DNA of 64,000 bases from the human T2T-CHM13v2.0 reference genome, Homo sapiens. This document shows positions 41,353 through 53,039 of this stretch, piece after piece. Position 1 is the first letter of the stretch; the number at the start of each line of letters is the position of its first letter. Location of the stretch: the NCBI RefSeq assembly GCF_009914755.1, contig NC_060929.1, one strand, 5' to 3'. The position numbers were made by a program, and so were the translations under genes. Below the pieces are notes generated by a model. It was not told the origin of the DNA. It saw only the letters and a list, made by a program, of their open reading frames with translations, and did not search any database.

Positions 41353-42429
41353 AATTTTAATGAAAATGTTATTACAACTTTTACAAGTTGACAATAAAGT
41401 GTAATAGGAAATAAGTAATAATAGTTAATAAAATCCTGTAAAATAAGACACGGAGAATCATGAAAAACAAATTTCAAAAAATATTAAGGAAACAAATATT
41501 ATGAGATGTATACATTTAAAATATGGCAAATTTAGTATTTTGATCACTGGTGGAGAGTCTGTAATATACAGTGCTTTATATTTAATGGATTGTCTTATAA
41601 TTTAAGCAAGTACATTTAATTTTACTTTATATACAATGCAACTTATAGATTAAAAACCTAAAAGAAACATAAAATATTAAAAAAGTATTGGGGACAATTT
41701 TCTTGGTATGAAACCAAGAAATAATTTTGAGATTACAAACTACCACTGGAGAACAGTTTCTATTAAGAAAAAGCTACATGTTACATTTGAAATAGTATTT
41801 GTGACACGTATTAAATTAAAAATATATCCAAAAGCAACATGACAACCACAAAGAGATAATAGTATATGTTTAAATAATACATAAAGGCAATTTATACCAG
41901 AAAAAAGGGAAATAAACATAGGTAAAGAGGTAAAATGTAATAAAAATAGGGACATTGAAATCAATGCACTCACTTTATTTTAATTTTTGATTTTCCTTTT
42001 AGAAAATAGTAAAAATATTTTGTTAAATGTTAATAATGACTATTTTTGGAGAAACACACCCTATAACAGACTTAATGAGATTTACAATTTCTAACCCATA
42101 CCTCAAGGGGAATTTGGCAATACTTACTTATTTGTAACATGCACATAACTTTGACAATATGAATATGAATAGATATGCAATATTAGATTAAAATTATTTC
42201 TAGTTGAGGAAATAATAAATTTACATGGCGATTTCCATCATATAATGATTTTCTTGATTCCGTTCATCAACTAGGACAAAGGGATGTTATTAAACAAGTT
42301 TTTATAAACCAATGGCTTAAGGATTTGTTTAGGTTTAATTTCTAGTTATCTCATTTATTTCTAAAATATCCTCTAATTCCTTCCCCCATTCTCCTCTCTC
42401 TTACATTTATCTCTTAAGTCCTTTCATAC

Positions 42430-42550
42430 TATTATAAATGAAGAAAAGGAGATTCAAGGAGTTATGAGCCTTACCCAAGGTCATAGACTTTAATATGTGT
42501 CAGAAACAAATGTAAATTTAAGCATAGCTAACTATAAAACCAGCAATCTA
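42430..42550 (-). mobile_element. MIR SINE core fragment
   Basis: TTATAAATGAAGAAAAGGAGATTCAAGGAGTTATGAGCCTTACCCAAGGTCATAG. Confidence 0.65.
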
Positions 42551-44319
42551 TCTGATATAATAGAAAGGACTAATTCTGGCTAATAATAATCTACTTATGA
42601 GAGTAATAGTAAGGTGATATTTTTCTTCAAGTTTGCAGATATCATACAAAATTTTCATGCCTAGTATTGTTTAAAATACTTGAAATATAGCAGTGTATAT
42701 ACAGAACCAGAACAAGTATGCACTTAATATGTTTTTAGTTTTCATAGAAAGAGTATGTCACATTTTGTTTAACACACTAGAACAATTGTTGTTAAATCAC
42801 TTCCATACCAGAGACCCTATGTGGTAGTGATTTGTGAATCATTACATTTATTCATTAAGTAATTTAAAAGTGCTTTTTATTTTTTCTATAAAACTCATTT
42901 ATAAAACCATTTTATAAAAACAGAGTTTCATAATTACTACAACATTTAACCCTTATACAAATTTTGAGGGTAGTCAAACCAGGAATTACTTTCTGAGGAG
43001 TAAATTAAGGTTCAGAGCTCTTGAGCTTCCATTTTTACTACCTGGTGGTGTGGGCACACAAATACCAGTCATTGAATGCCCTATCAGCTTTCTTACCATT
43101 TGTGTGTTTCTCCTGAATGTCATCTACAGATGTTAGCAAATAAGATACTGATAACTTAAAAAAAAAAACCTACCCAAGACAAACTAAAATTTGTCTTGGG
43201 TAGACAAGGGAAAGAACCATGTCGAACCTCTATCACTCACATATGATTCAATCCTTTATTTCAGAGTTTTATTGATTTTAATTTTTCAAATTATCTAGAA
43301 GTAGTCTTGTAGATAGATATATTTTGAACTTCTTGTAAAAACTGTGGCCTTCTTTTTATACTGTTGGTTTTTTGATCATTTACATGGTTGCTTTATGTAG
43401 TACAATATCTAAAATAAATAAATAATATTCATTTATTTTTGTCTGAGAAGAAAAAAGTAGAGAAAAAGTGAATTTTTTTAAGTATCCCTTTGGAATGATC
43501 CTCTTTTAAGTCAAGTAGAAAAAAGCTCTTTTCCATTCCACTAACATGTTTAACCATTAGATTCTGTGTAGCTATGAGTCATTACCTTAAGGTTTATTTT
43601 CCTAAACATCAAACTCATAGGCAAAACTCAAAACAAGATGCATTCTTCTAAATATATATATATAAATAACATTTCTAGGATTTTAAAAATACTAGAAAAG
43701 CAGCAATATAACTGTCTAGTTAACTCAATTCTACTCCATTTCTTTAGTTAGCATTTTCAAACTATTTCTAAGTTTATTATTTGCACCTGCATGTAAATCA
43801 CACGGTTATTCACCTGAACAGCTTCTTTTGGATAGCTTCCCAGATTGAAGCCATTTATACACAAAATTGCCTTTTTGGCAGAAGTTCTAAGTGAAGTAAA
43901 TAGTCTTGATTGGTCGGTACATAAAACCCACAAATGTACAGTTAGGAAAGGAAGAGTCTGTACTGTAATTGTCCAAAAAGCAGTGCGTGGCAGTTGTTAA
44001 ATGAAGTATTTTTATTGGATATTTCTATACTAAGAAGAAGACAAGATTGCAGTTTTCATTTAGTGAATGGAATAAATTCAACCCTTGTAATTTCCCATTC
44101 ACTTGAAGATCTTTGTTGCCATAGTGCCATTAGAGTGATACTCCACATTGATTTGTATTACTGCAGCTGAACCTCACCAGGCTTTTAGGAGCTACATAAG
44201 TGCTTACTGACTCTGTTTCATATTTGTATATTTACAATTATACCATAGCTTCTTTTTATCTAGGATAAGTGAGAAAGACTGTATCAGGCTACTAATGAAG
44301 AGTATTAACATATATTATA

Positions 44320-44515
44320 CATTGTAGTTAAAAGCAAAGGCTTTCAAGTATTTGGATTCAAATCTTGCTCAAAAGGTGCAATCATGGGCAAGTTCAAGGG
44401 CAACTTACCTGATCTCTACAGGATTCAGATTCTTCAGCCTTTACGACAAGTAAAAATTAAGGGCATGGCTAATAGGGTAAGTGTGAGGAGCAAATGAGGC
44501 AACAGGTGAAAATAA
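44320..44515 (+). mobile_element. MIR SINE fragment
   Basis: GTAGTTAAAAGCAAAGGCTTT...GGATTCAAATCTTGCTC...ATGGGCAAGTT...GTGAGGAGCAAATGAG. Confidence 0.6.
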
Positions 44516-45744
44516 TTAATAAATGATATGAGGTAATAAGTGAAAATAATTAATAAATGATCTGTAATATGTGTTTCTCTTTGTGATAGTAGTAGTAGGT
44601 TAATATTAGCATTATTTAAATTCATTTAAATCTTTTGATGTTAACATTATAATAATTTTAAAATATAGTACTAATCTTTATTTTATGATTAAAGAAAATT
44701 AAGTCCAGGGACATTGAGTCACCCCTTACTTGTCAAGTAGGAAAAGCAAACCCCAAAGAAAGAAGTCTATTTTTCTATTGCATGTGATTTAATATAAGAA
44801 TAAGCATTCGATATTTGAGGCCTTATTTTTCCAAATAAACGTTCTTTCAGGTTCTTGTAATGCCTTAGTTTTATCATTCTCAGCACCAGTTATCATTCTT
44901 AAGTCCTATAATAGGACTGAACTTTTTACTTAGGTATTTTGTGCTTTAGGTTGTAAAGGCCATATACTATACTTAATCTTAAATATGAGGTTATTTAGTT
45001 ACTTCTTTCCCATTAAATCACAACAGAAAATTTGATTTAATAACCAGCAGAAGTTGTATGTGATACTGAAAAGAATTTCTCATACAATAAAACCTAAATA
45101 ATAAAAAAATACATAAATAACCATAGTAATAAAATTGGCTTTTCTCAACTGAGCATATTTATTACTTTTTAAAATAGGAAGTCAACAGTAGCATGAAATA
45201 TGAGACATATTATCAGTAGAAAAATTATTCAAAATTTTTAATTTGAAAGAAATATTGCTAAATATTATTCTTGCCCACTGAAAATTTTGTATACTAAAAA
45301 TATGCTCATTTTCAATATTTTCTTGAGTTAAATATGTATCCCTAAATTGCTGAACAATTTAATTTACTCATTTATTTATTAATACATATTTAAGATAATG
45401 CTATATTTAAAACTGTTAAACACACACAAAAAAACAAATCTGGTTGAAAGGATCTTACAATTTTCTTGAAAAGGTATCTATATTGACAGTTATGAAAACA
45501 TTATAATTTATAAAATTATAAAATATGCATTAAAGAATGCAGAATTTTAAAAGAATCAAATTCTTCAGTGTTATGAAATAGAACACAAAGATAGATAAAA
45601 AACAAATAGTATGTAATTGGCAGAAAATAAGGAGCAGAACAGTGAATTGCTGGAGGAAACACATCATGAAGATGTTCTAAATAATCTCTATTGCCACAAA
45701 GGGAAAAGATTCTCACTTTCTGTGATTTGTCAGGAGAGTTTCAG

Positions 45745-45890
45745 TACTAGAGTCAGACAAATTTGATTATAACTGTAGAGCCAAAAGCTGCTAGTGTATA
45801 ATACTGGGCTTCTATTGCATCGTCAGTAAAATAGAGATAACATTCACCTTATTGAGCTGCTCAGATGATTACATAAAGTAACACATTAAA
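45745..45890 (+). mobile_element. MIR SINE fragment
   Basis: CTAGAGTCAGACA...GTAAAATAGAGATAACATTCACCT...GATTACATAAAGTAA. Confidence 0.5.
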
Positions 45891-46199
45891 GTATCAGAAG
45901 TCTATTAATTGAAAATTTTAGGGAATTTTAATCTCCTGTTCAATAATTCCTGAAGAAATATGTTACAGATGATGGAAGAGAGAAATACAGGGAAAATACA
46001 ATTCAGCTTTTGAAGACTTTGAGGAAAGATACAACAGTTTCAGAGAGAACAGACATTTTTCCTATTCATCTTTACCCATAGTAGCTAATCATACAGGCAG
46101 AGTCTGTTTTACAAATTTTAGTCTTTGTAAGTCTTTCAGTCTTATATTAGTGGAAGACACAGACTTTAGTAAATTATCCAATTGAAACATGCCCTGCGC

Positions 46200-46541
46200 G
46201 GCCGGGCGCGGTGACTCACGCCTGTAATCCCCCAGCACTTTGGGAGGCCGAGGCGGGCGGATCACAAGGTCAGGAGATAAGAGACCATCCTGGCTAACAT
46301 GGTGAAACCCTGTCTCTACTAAAAACACAAAAAAGTTAGCCGGGCATGGTGGCGGGCGTGGTGGTGGGCGCCTGTAGTCCCAGCTACTCGGAGAGGCTGA
46401 GGCAGGAGAATGGCGTGAACCCGGGAGGCGGAGCTTGCAGTGAGCCGAGATCGTGCCACTGCACTCCAGCCTGGGCAACAGAGCAAGACTCTGTCAAAAA
46501 AAAAAAAAAAAAAAAAAAAAAAAGGAAAGAAAAAAAAGAAA
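46200..46541 (+). mobile_element. Full-length AluY with 16-bp TSD
   Basis: GGCCGGGCGCGG start, GAATGGCGTGAACCCGGGAGGCGGAGCTTGCAG; GAAACATGCCCTGCGC at 46184-46199 and 46542-46557. Confidence 0.97.
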
Positions 46542-46599
46542 GAAACATGCCCTGCGCAAAAGTGAAGAGGTACACTGAATTAGGAGACCCTCCCTAAAA

Positions 46600-47610
46600 G
46601 AGGATATATCACAGGGGATTTAGAGATTAATTTCTTGAGAAGGGAAGGCTTGTTCTGATATGTGAAGAATGGGAAAGAGCGAACCATGTGTAGAGGAGAA
46701 TATAAAGAAATCTTCTTACAGGAAAAATCTCTCTAACAGAAGAATGATGATAAGTAGAAGAGAATGGGAAAGAGGCCATCATGACTGAAATGGAAAAATC
46801 AATGGATAAGACAGGGAGGAAGAGAGAAAGAGAAGAGAGAGAGAGGAAAGGGCTAATTTCAAGATCTTTCAGGATAATGCAAGTAATATTTGAAGGAAGA
46901 TGAGTTGCTCAGATTTGCATGTTAGGAAGTGTTCTGCAATTTCAAGAACTGATTAGTATGGGGGAGGTGCGATAAAACTGAATGGTAGTAGATCACTTGG
47001 AAATTTAGATAATTATTTTAGAAAATATAATTTTGTCCTAATTGAAGTGTTATGATTGACTAAGTTATTGCTGACCAATAATACTCGTTTAATTTGTGGG
47101 GGATAATTAAACTTCTTTTTACAGCCTGGTTCATACCTGTGACAAATTTTGACCACGGAATTATATGTGAAAATGTCACTTAATAGAAGAAGCAGCTAAA
47201 AGGGCCAGTATTTGCTCTTTTCTCACTGTCGGGAGACCAGCAATATTCCAGTTAGAGAATACTCTATCAACTGTGTCTCTGAATTAGGACAACATAGAGC
47301 AAGGCTGAAGCCAACCTGAAATTACCATATAGTACAGGAGAGTTAAATTTTAAGCCACTGACATTTTGCAGTCATTGTTACTGGCATACATTATCCTGAT
47401 TGATACAGTAGAAACATTGCACATGAAGATAAGTGATCCAATTTGAGGGATATTTCTCATGTAAAATGGATTAACATCATGATGGATTGGATAAAAGGTC
47501 TGTATCAGAGAGAGGTGTGAAGTTAAACTCCATCTGGTTTCACAATTGAGAACCAGATGGATGGAGATGACTGAGCTTAGATAGAAAAGAGAAGAAGATA
47601 TGAATTATTG
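46600..47610 (-). mobile_element. Degraded L2 fragments flanking an MLT1 LTR
   Basis: Purine-rich antisense L2-like motifs (GAAGAATGGGAAAGAG, CAGATTTGCATGTTAGGAAG, GATGGATTGGAT, ACCAGATGGATGGAG). Confidence 0.5.
47100..47407 (+). mobile_element. Old MLT1 (J/K-like) LTR
   Basis: Terminal TTTTAAGCCACTGACATTTTGCAGTCATTGTTACTGGCATA...TATCCTGATTGATACA. Confidence 0.7.
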
Positions 47611-49679
47611 ATCAGAATTAATTCTAGATCTCTATTCCTTAAGACTATTACTTGCAGTTATCTTTATTATCTTATTCCAGCGTTAGTATCAATCCCGTTG
47701 AGTAATCATTAAACATAAAAGATCTTCTGGTGTCAAAGAGATTTTTGGACATGATAGTCATATTCACGAGTATAATGAGTGAAGGCACCTGTGGCCATGC
47801 AAATATTATCTTGGTTAAGAATTTCTCTTTCCAGAATGAAAGCTAAAGGTTTCAGAGCTCTAATATATTTTCAATAGATAATGTCTTGAATGATGTTTCC
47901 TGTTGAATTCATGGGATATGAGTGTCACATGCTGAATGACAGTATTGGGCATGAATCACACTCGAATGTCTTCTCTTCAATGTTTTCTTTTTAGCATTAA
48001 CAATTATAATTGTAACCTTTTGAAGAAGAGGAGTATTTCTAAATAATTCAACTTTTTACACAACTCATTACTGGCACTTCATATAGTCTCTAAGATACGC
48101 CAACCATCAGTAATAGCTTCTGCTATTACTGAAAATATTTTATTTTAATTTAATTAAAAATAAATAAAAATATTTGTTCTTCAAATAGCATTTTTCTTTA
48201 TATTATCTACTTTTTCCATACTTACAATCTGTACTATAATCCACCTTTAGCTGAGGGAAGCAAGGGTGGACATTGATTTTGATATTGTATGGTTCATAAG
48301 AGTACAGAATTGTTGTAAACACTAGTCTGTAGCCTTATCTTTACATGAGAATAGAATCGTTTTTACTCCCCTAAGTGGACGTGCCCATTCATTAATTATA
48401 CTGTAAGCGATTCATAGAGAGATGAAAACAGCAGACTGAACATGTGCATGTATTTTGCTTAAACCTGATTCATAGTTAATTATGAAATTAGAACTTCTTA
48501 AAGTGATTTCATGATGTGATTGAGCAGTGTAAAATGTAGTGCTCATATAGATACATATATAAAGGAAATGTAATAGGACATTCTTAGCAGATCAATCCAT
48601 GAATACACTTTTTAAATACATATATACTTCTGTTTAGCACTAGAGTGCTAAATAATTGAGTTTATAAATGAGATTTTCATTTCACTGTGAAAAAAATTTC
48701 AACTTCAGAATGTCATGGGTCTCTTTTATATGCATTCTTTTAGACAATATCATCCATTCTTTCCAAATTGAAGACAATTTGTAATATAAAAGATAAAGTT
48801 TGGCAAATGTAGTATCAATGTGTTGCTGAACCAATTTACTTTTGTTGAAAATGCCTACATTGGATTTACTGATTATTAATAATTCTGTAAATGTTTCATT
48901 AATTTACTTGCACTTTTATGACACCCTCTAAAATATCTCTGATCTTATCCACAACATGATGCTCCCGTTTTAAACAAACTGCATTCCACTAATGGAAACA
49001 GAGCAATCCTTTTTTTCAGTCCAGAGCTTACCCTTTAAATTCTACTTCTATTCTTGAGGAATTCTGAGTGCAAAACTTTCTTTTTGTAGTTCTACTACTT
49101 ATTAAAATTTGCATTCTCAGGTCGAGCATACGATTTTCAGAATTTTAATGGAAAACTTGCTGAAAGCATTATTTTTCCTTTTATGTTTTTCTAGGAATTC
49201 ATATATTTTCTAAAAATTTTAAAAGCATTTTCACACAGCTAGAAATAACATACACATTATTTTCTCTCTGTCTCCCTTTTTCTTTTTCAGCTGTCCATAG
49301 AATTATCCATTTTATTAGATTTTAAAATACAGCGTTTATGTTTGTTGATACTCTGTTGCAATTTTATTCCCTATTAATTTAGTTTGATTTCATGAATTAA
49401 ATATTGTATATGTCTGCTTATTTTTAGTGTCTAGAGGCAAATACATAGAAAATTGATTTTAAAAAAAGTAATGAAGTATAATTTATATAATGAAAGGATA
49501 AATCTTAAATATACAGATCATATAGTTTTTTCATAGTACACTCCTATATACCTACCACTCAAAACAAGACATCAAAGATTATTTATCATTCAAGATCTTC
49601 AGAGACCCTTCACATTCATCAGCTTTCACAGACTAATCACTTCTGAAGACAGGGTTTCAGGATCTTCGTGTAAAGACTG

Positions 49680-50830
49680 TGAAAATCTGTTACTTCATTA
49701 CAGCAATGAGAAAATACGGTAACATTTTCAAAATTAATTTTATCAAAAGTCTGAAAATTAACCTAAGACTCAAAAATCGAATGTGGGCTTTGAAGAAAAG
49801 CGGCTGGATCTCAATAAAAATCTCAAGTTTTTTTTTGCATTTTAACTTGACTTGTTCCGTCCCCCCTCTCTTTAGCTCTTATGTAGCTGAGAAAAAAAGC
49901 AGGCTACTGGATAGGGCAGACCCATTGCCAATGAGTTTTCACCACTTAAGCTGTCTGGAAACTCCAGAAAAAGCCTTGTCACAGGGATTTTATTATTTGA
50001 CTTAACTCAGAACTCACTCAGTGTGAAAAGCCTTGCCATGACTCTCTCACCAAAACAAACAAACAAACAAACAACTTAACAAAACAAAAGGAAAAGAAAA
50101 ACAGCAGTAACAGTTGAATATTGAAAATGCCTGAGAGAGTGACACTGGTTGGGACAAACACAAACCTGGACAAAAAATTAAACAGAGAACTTGGGGATTT
50201 TGAAATTCCGACACATCCCTTGGGATCCAAAAAGGTGCACACAATGTCACCATTGGCATGCCCAGGAAAGATTTGAAACAGCACTAATATTTTACCTCTG
50301 ACTAATTTTGAGCCTCTGCACTAGCAGGAAATGAAGGTTAAGGAAGAGTTATAAGTTCCTGTAACATCAAAGGCAGGCACCAACACACACACAGAGACAT
50401 TCAGCAATGTGTGGAAGACTTAAGCTCAAAATATTTAAGAAAATTCCCACTTAGTACTTAGCTGATTATAAAGCTAATGGGCAAAAGCTTTGGGGACTGT
50501 TCCTGATACAGAATATAGACTTCAAAGAATTGTGACAAGAAAGTTACAAAACAAAGAGTAACATAAACAGTTGGAAATTTTAAAAGATAAACAAAAACAA
50601 TAAATCTTTAGATAATGAAAAAAAGGAGAAAAGACTCAAAATCAGATGAAAAGAGAAAACATTAAGACTGACGCCACAGAAATGCGGAGAATCATAAGGG
50701 ACTATTAAGATTGAGTCATGAGAAAACAGAAAATCTGAACTGACAATTACTGAGTAAGGATACTGATCCAGTAATAAACAGTCTCCCATTAAATAAAAGC
50801 CTAGAAACTGATGTCTTCAGTGCTTAATTA
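49680..50830 (+). mobile_element. Ancient L1M 5' region joined to ORF2 fragments
   Basis: Similar to 12360-14225 (TTTTAACTTGACTTGTTCCGTCCCCCCTCTCTTTAGCTC); later ACTGACGCCACAGAAAT, CAGTAATAAACAGTCTCCCA ORF2 motifs. Confidence 0.6.
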
Positions 50831-50834
50831 TACT

Positions 50835-51110
50835 AAGCCAAAGAATACAAACTTATAGTCACAAAGGAGGAATAAATTCAAGAGATCTATTGTGCAGCAT
50901 GGTGACTAGAGTTAATGATGATATATTGTATTCTTGAAAAATGCTAAGAGAGTGAATGCTAAGTGTTCTTACCAACAAAAATAATAACTACGTGAGGTAA
51001 TGCATATGCTAATTAGCTAGATACTCCACAATGTTTATAAACTTCAAAACTTCTTGTTTGCAATTTTTTTGTCAATTTCGAACAAATAAATAATTAAAAA
51101 TAAAATAAAA
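50835..51110 (+). mobile_element. L1MA-like 3' UTR terminal fragment
   Basis: GGAATAAATTCAAGAGATCTATTGTGCAGCATGGTGACTAGAGTTAAT...GTGAGGTAATGCATATG plus A-rich tail. Confidence 0.85.
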
Positions 51111-51416
51111 CTTGCATTCTTGATTATCTCATCTAAACATCAAAACAACCCATTATTTTTGTGAAAAGTTAAACAAATAACATAATGAATACATCTCTTG
51201 GAAGAGCCTAAATATCACCAATAGGACAAAATTAATAGATTTAAGAGAAGTAGGAAAAATGGTTGCCGGGAGGAATATGATAGTACAGGGGACATTGGAT
51301 GCTGGAGAAAATTATTGAAAATTTTCTTCACACCAAGACAATAGTTGATTTTAAAATATAATTAATAATTGAGTATCGTTTGTCTTTTAAAGTCAAACCC
51401 CTTCAAACACACACAA

Positions 51417-51489
51417 TGACCTCAGGTGATCCACTCGCCTTGGCCTCCCAAAGTGCTGGGATTGCAGGTGTGAGCCACCACGCCCAGGC
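51417..51489 (-). mobile_element. Alu 5'-end fragment (73 bp)
   Basis: TGACCTCAGGTGATCCACTCGCCTTGGCCTCCCAAAGTGCTGGGATTGCAGGTGTGAGCCACCACGCCCAGGC. Confidence 0.93.
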
Positions 51490-51787
51490 AAGTCTGAGAT
51501 TTCTTTATTAACTTTTCTTTTTGAATGAGGCCAGTCCATTTACTGAAAGTGGGGTGTTGAAGTTCCCTACTTGTATTGTATTGTACTGCATTCTAACTCT
51601 GCTTTCAAATAATTTAATGTTTGCTTCATATATTTAGGTATTCCAATATTGGGTGCACACATATTTGTAGTTTTTATACCCTCTTGCTGAATTGACCCCG
51701 TTATCATTAATAATGACCATTTTGTCGCTTGTCACAGTTTTTTACTTAAAAATCTATTTTATATGATATACATATAGCTACTTCTGC

Positions 51788-52000
51788 TTTTTTTTGAATG
51801 CTCTCACCTTTATTTCTTTCAGTATACCCGTGATACAGATTTTTCATACATAACAAGGTAAATGACATGTGCATGTTTTATGGAAAATAGAGGCAGAACC
51901 ATGGCTAAAGCATCTAGCCCAGCAATCATCTCATTATCCGTGAGGAGTTGGGGCGGGAGGAAGTCACAGGCAGTTCACCAACACCTGGAAAGTCCATGAC
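51788..52000 (-). other. Non-L1 insert, possibly a 5'-truncated retrocopy of a transcript 3' end
   Basis: Minus strand ends GAAATAAAGGTGAGAGCATTC-A8 (AATAAA 13 nt before the A-run); no repeat I recognise. Confidence 0.55.
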
Positions 52001-52681
52001 TATATAGCATATACCAGATCTGCTATATGTATATGTGTGTGTGTATATATATACACTATACTACACAGTATATAGTATACGTATATATAGTATACTATAT
52101 GGTATGTACATACATACTGTATAATATGTATATACAATACAGTATATACATACAGTTATACTATACAGTATATACATATAGTATATGATATATATACTAT
52201 ACATAGTATATAGTTTATGTATAGTATATACTATATACTATATATAGTATATAGTGTATATATACTATATAGAGTATATAGTGTATATATACTATAAAGT
52301 ATATACTATATATAGTATATACTATATATAGTATATATAGTATACACTATATATTGTGTACATATGTATATATAAGTATAGTATACACTATAATATAGTG
52401 TATATATGTATATATAAGTATAGTATACACTATAGTATAGTGTATATGTATATATAAGTATATATACATATATACTATACAGTGTTCTTATAGTAAGGTC
52501 TTATATCGTATACATATATGTATACTATATGTATATGTCTGTATATATACTATATGTATACTGCTATATGTATATGTCTACGTACATATATGTACATATT
52601 TAAGAGAGCAATATTATATACACATAACAGATCTGCTATATGATCCACATATACATATAGCAGAAGTGGTCATATGTATAT
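52001..52681. repeat. AT-rich (TATAC/TATAG) low-complexity expansion
   Basis: ~680 bp of TATA-based units with internal direct and inverted repeats. Confidence 0.92.
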
Positions 52682-53039
52682 AGCTCTCTTTTGTTTTTCA
52701 TTTACATGGATTATCTTTATCCATCTCTACACTTTCAGTTTCTGTGGAGTCTGGAGAATTTAATTCATTTATATTTAAGATTATTATTAAGAGCCAAGGA
52801 CTTACTACTGCTATTTTATTCTTTTGTAGTTGTTTTATAGATTTTTTTCTTCCTTTCTTCCTATTTTGTTGTCTTCTTTTATGGTCAAGTGATTTTCTCC
52901 AGGGGCATGTTTTGATTACTTGCTATTTGTATTTTGTGTACTTATTATAGCTTTTTTATTTGTAGTTATAAGTCTTACAAAAACTATTTTATAGTTGTAG
53001 CAGATTATTTTAAGCTCATAAGAATTTATTAATTTATCA

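Larger units (their letters stand above)
51490..53020 (-). mobile_element. L1M ORF2 endonuclease-region fragment, interrupted at 51788-52681
   Basis: CTGAAAGTGGGGTGTTGAAGTTCCCTACT...ATAGCTACTTCTGC | GCTCTCTTTTGTTTTTCATTTACATGGATTATCTTTATCCATC continues the L1 consensus. Confidence 0.82.
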
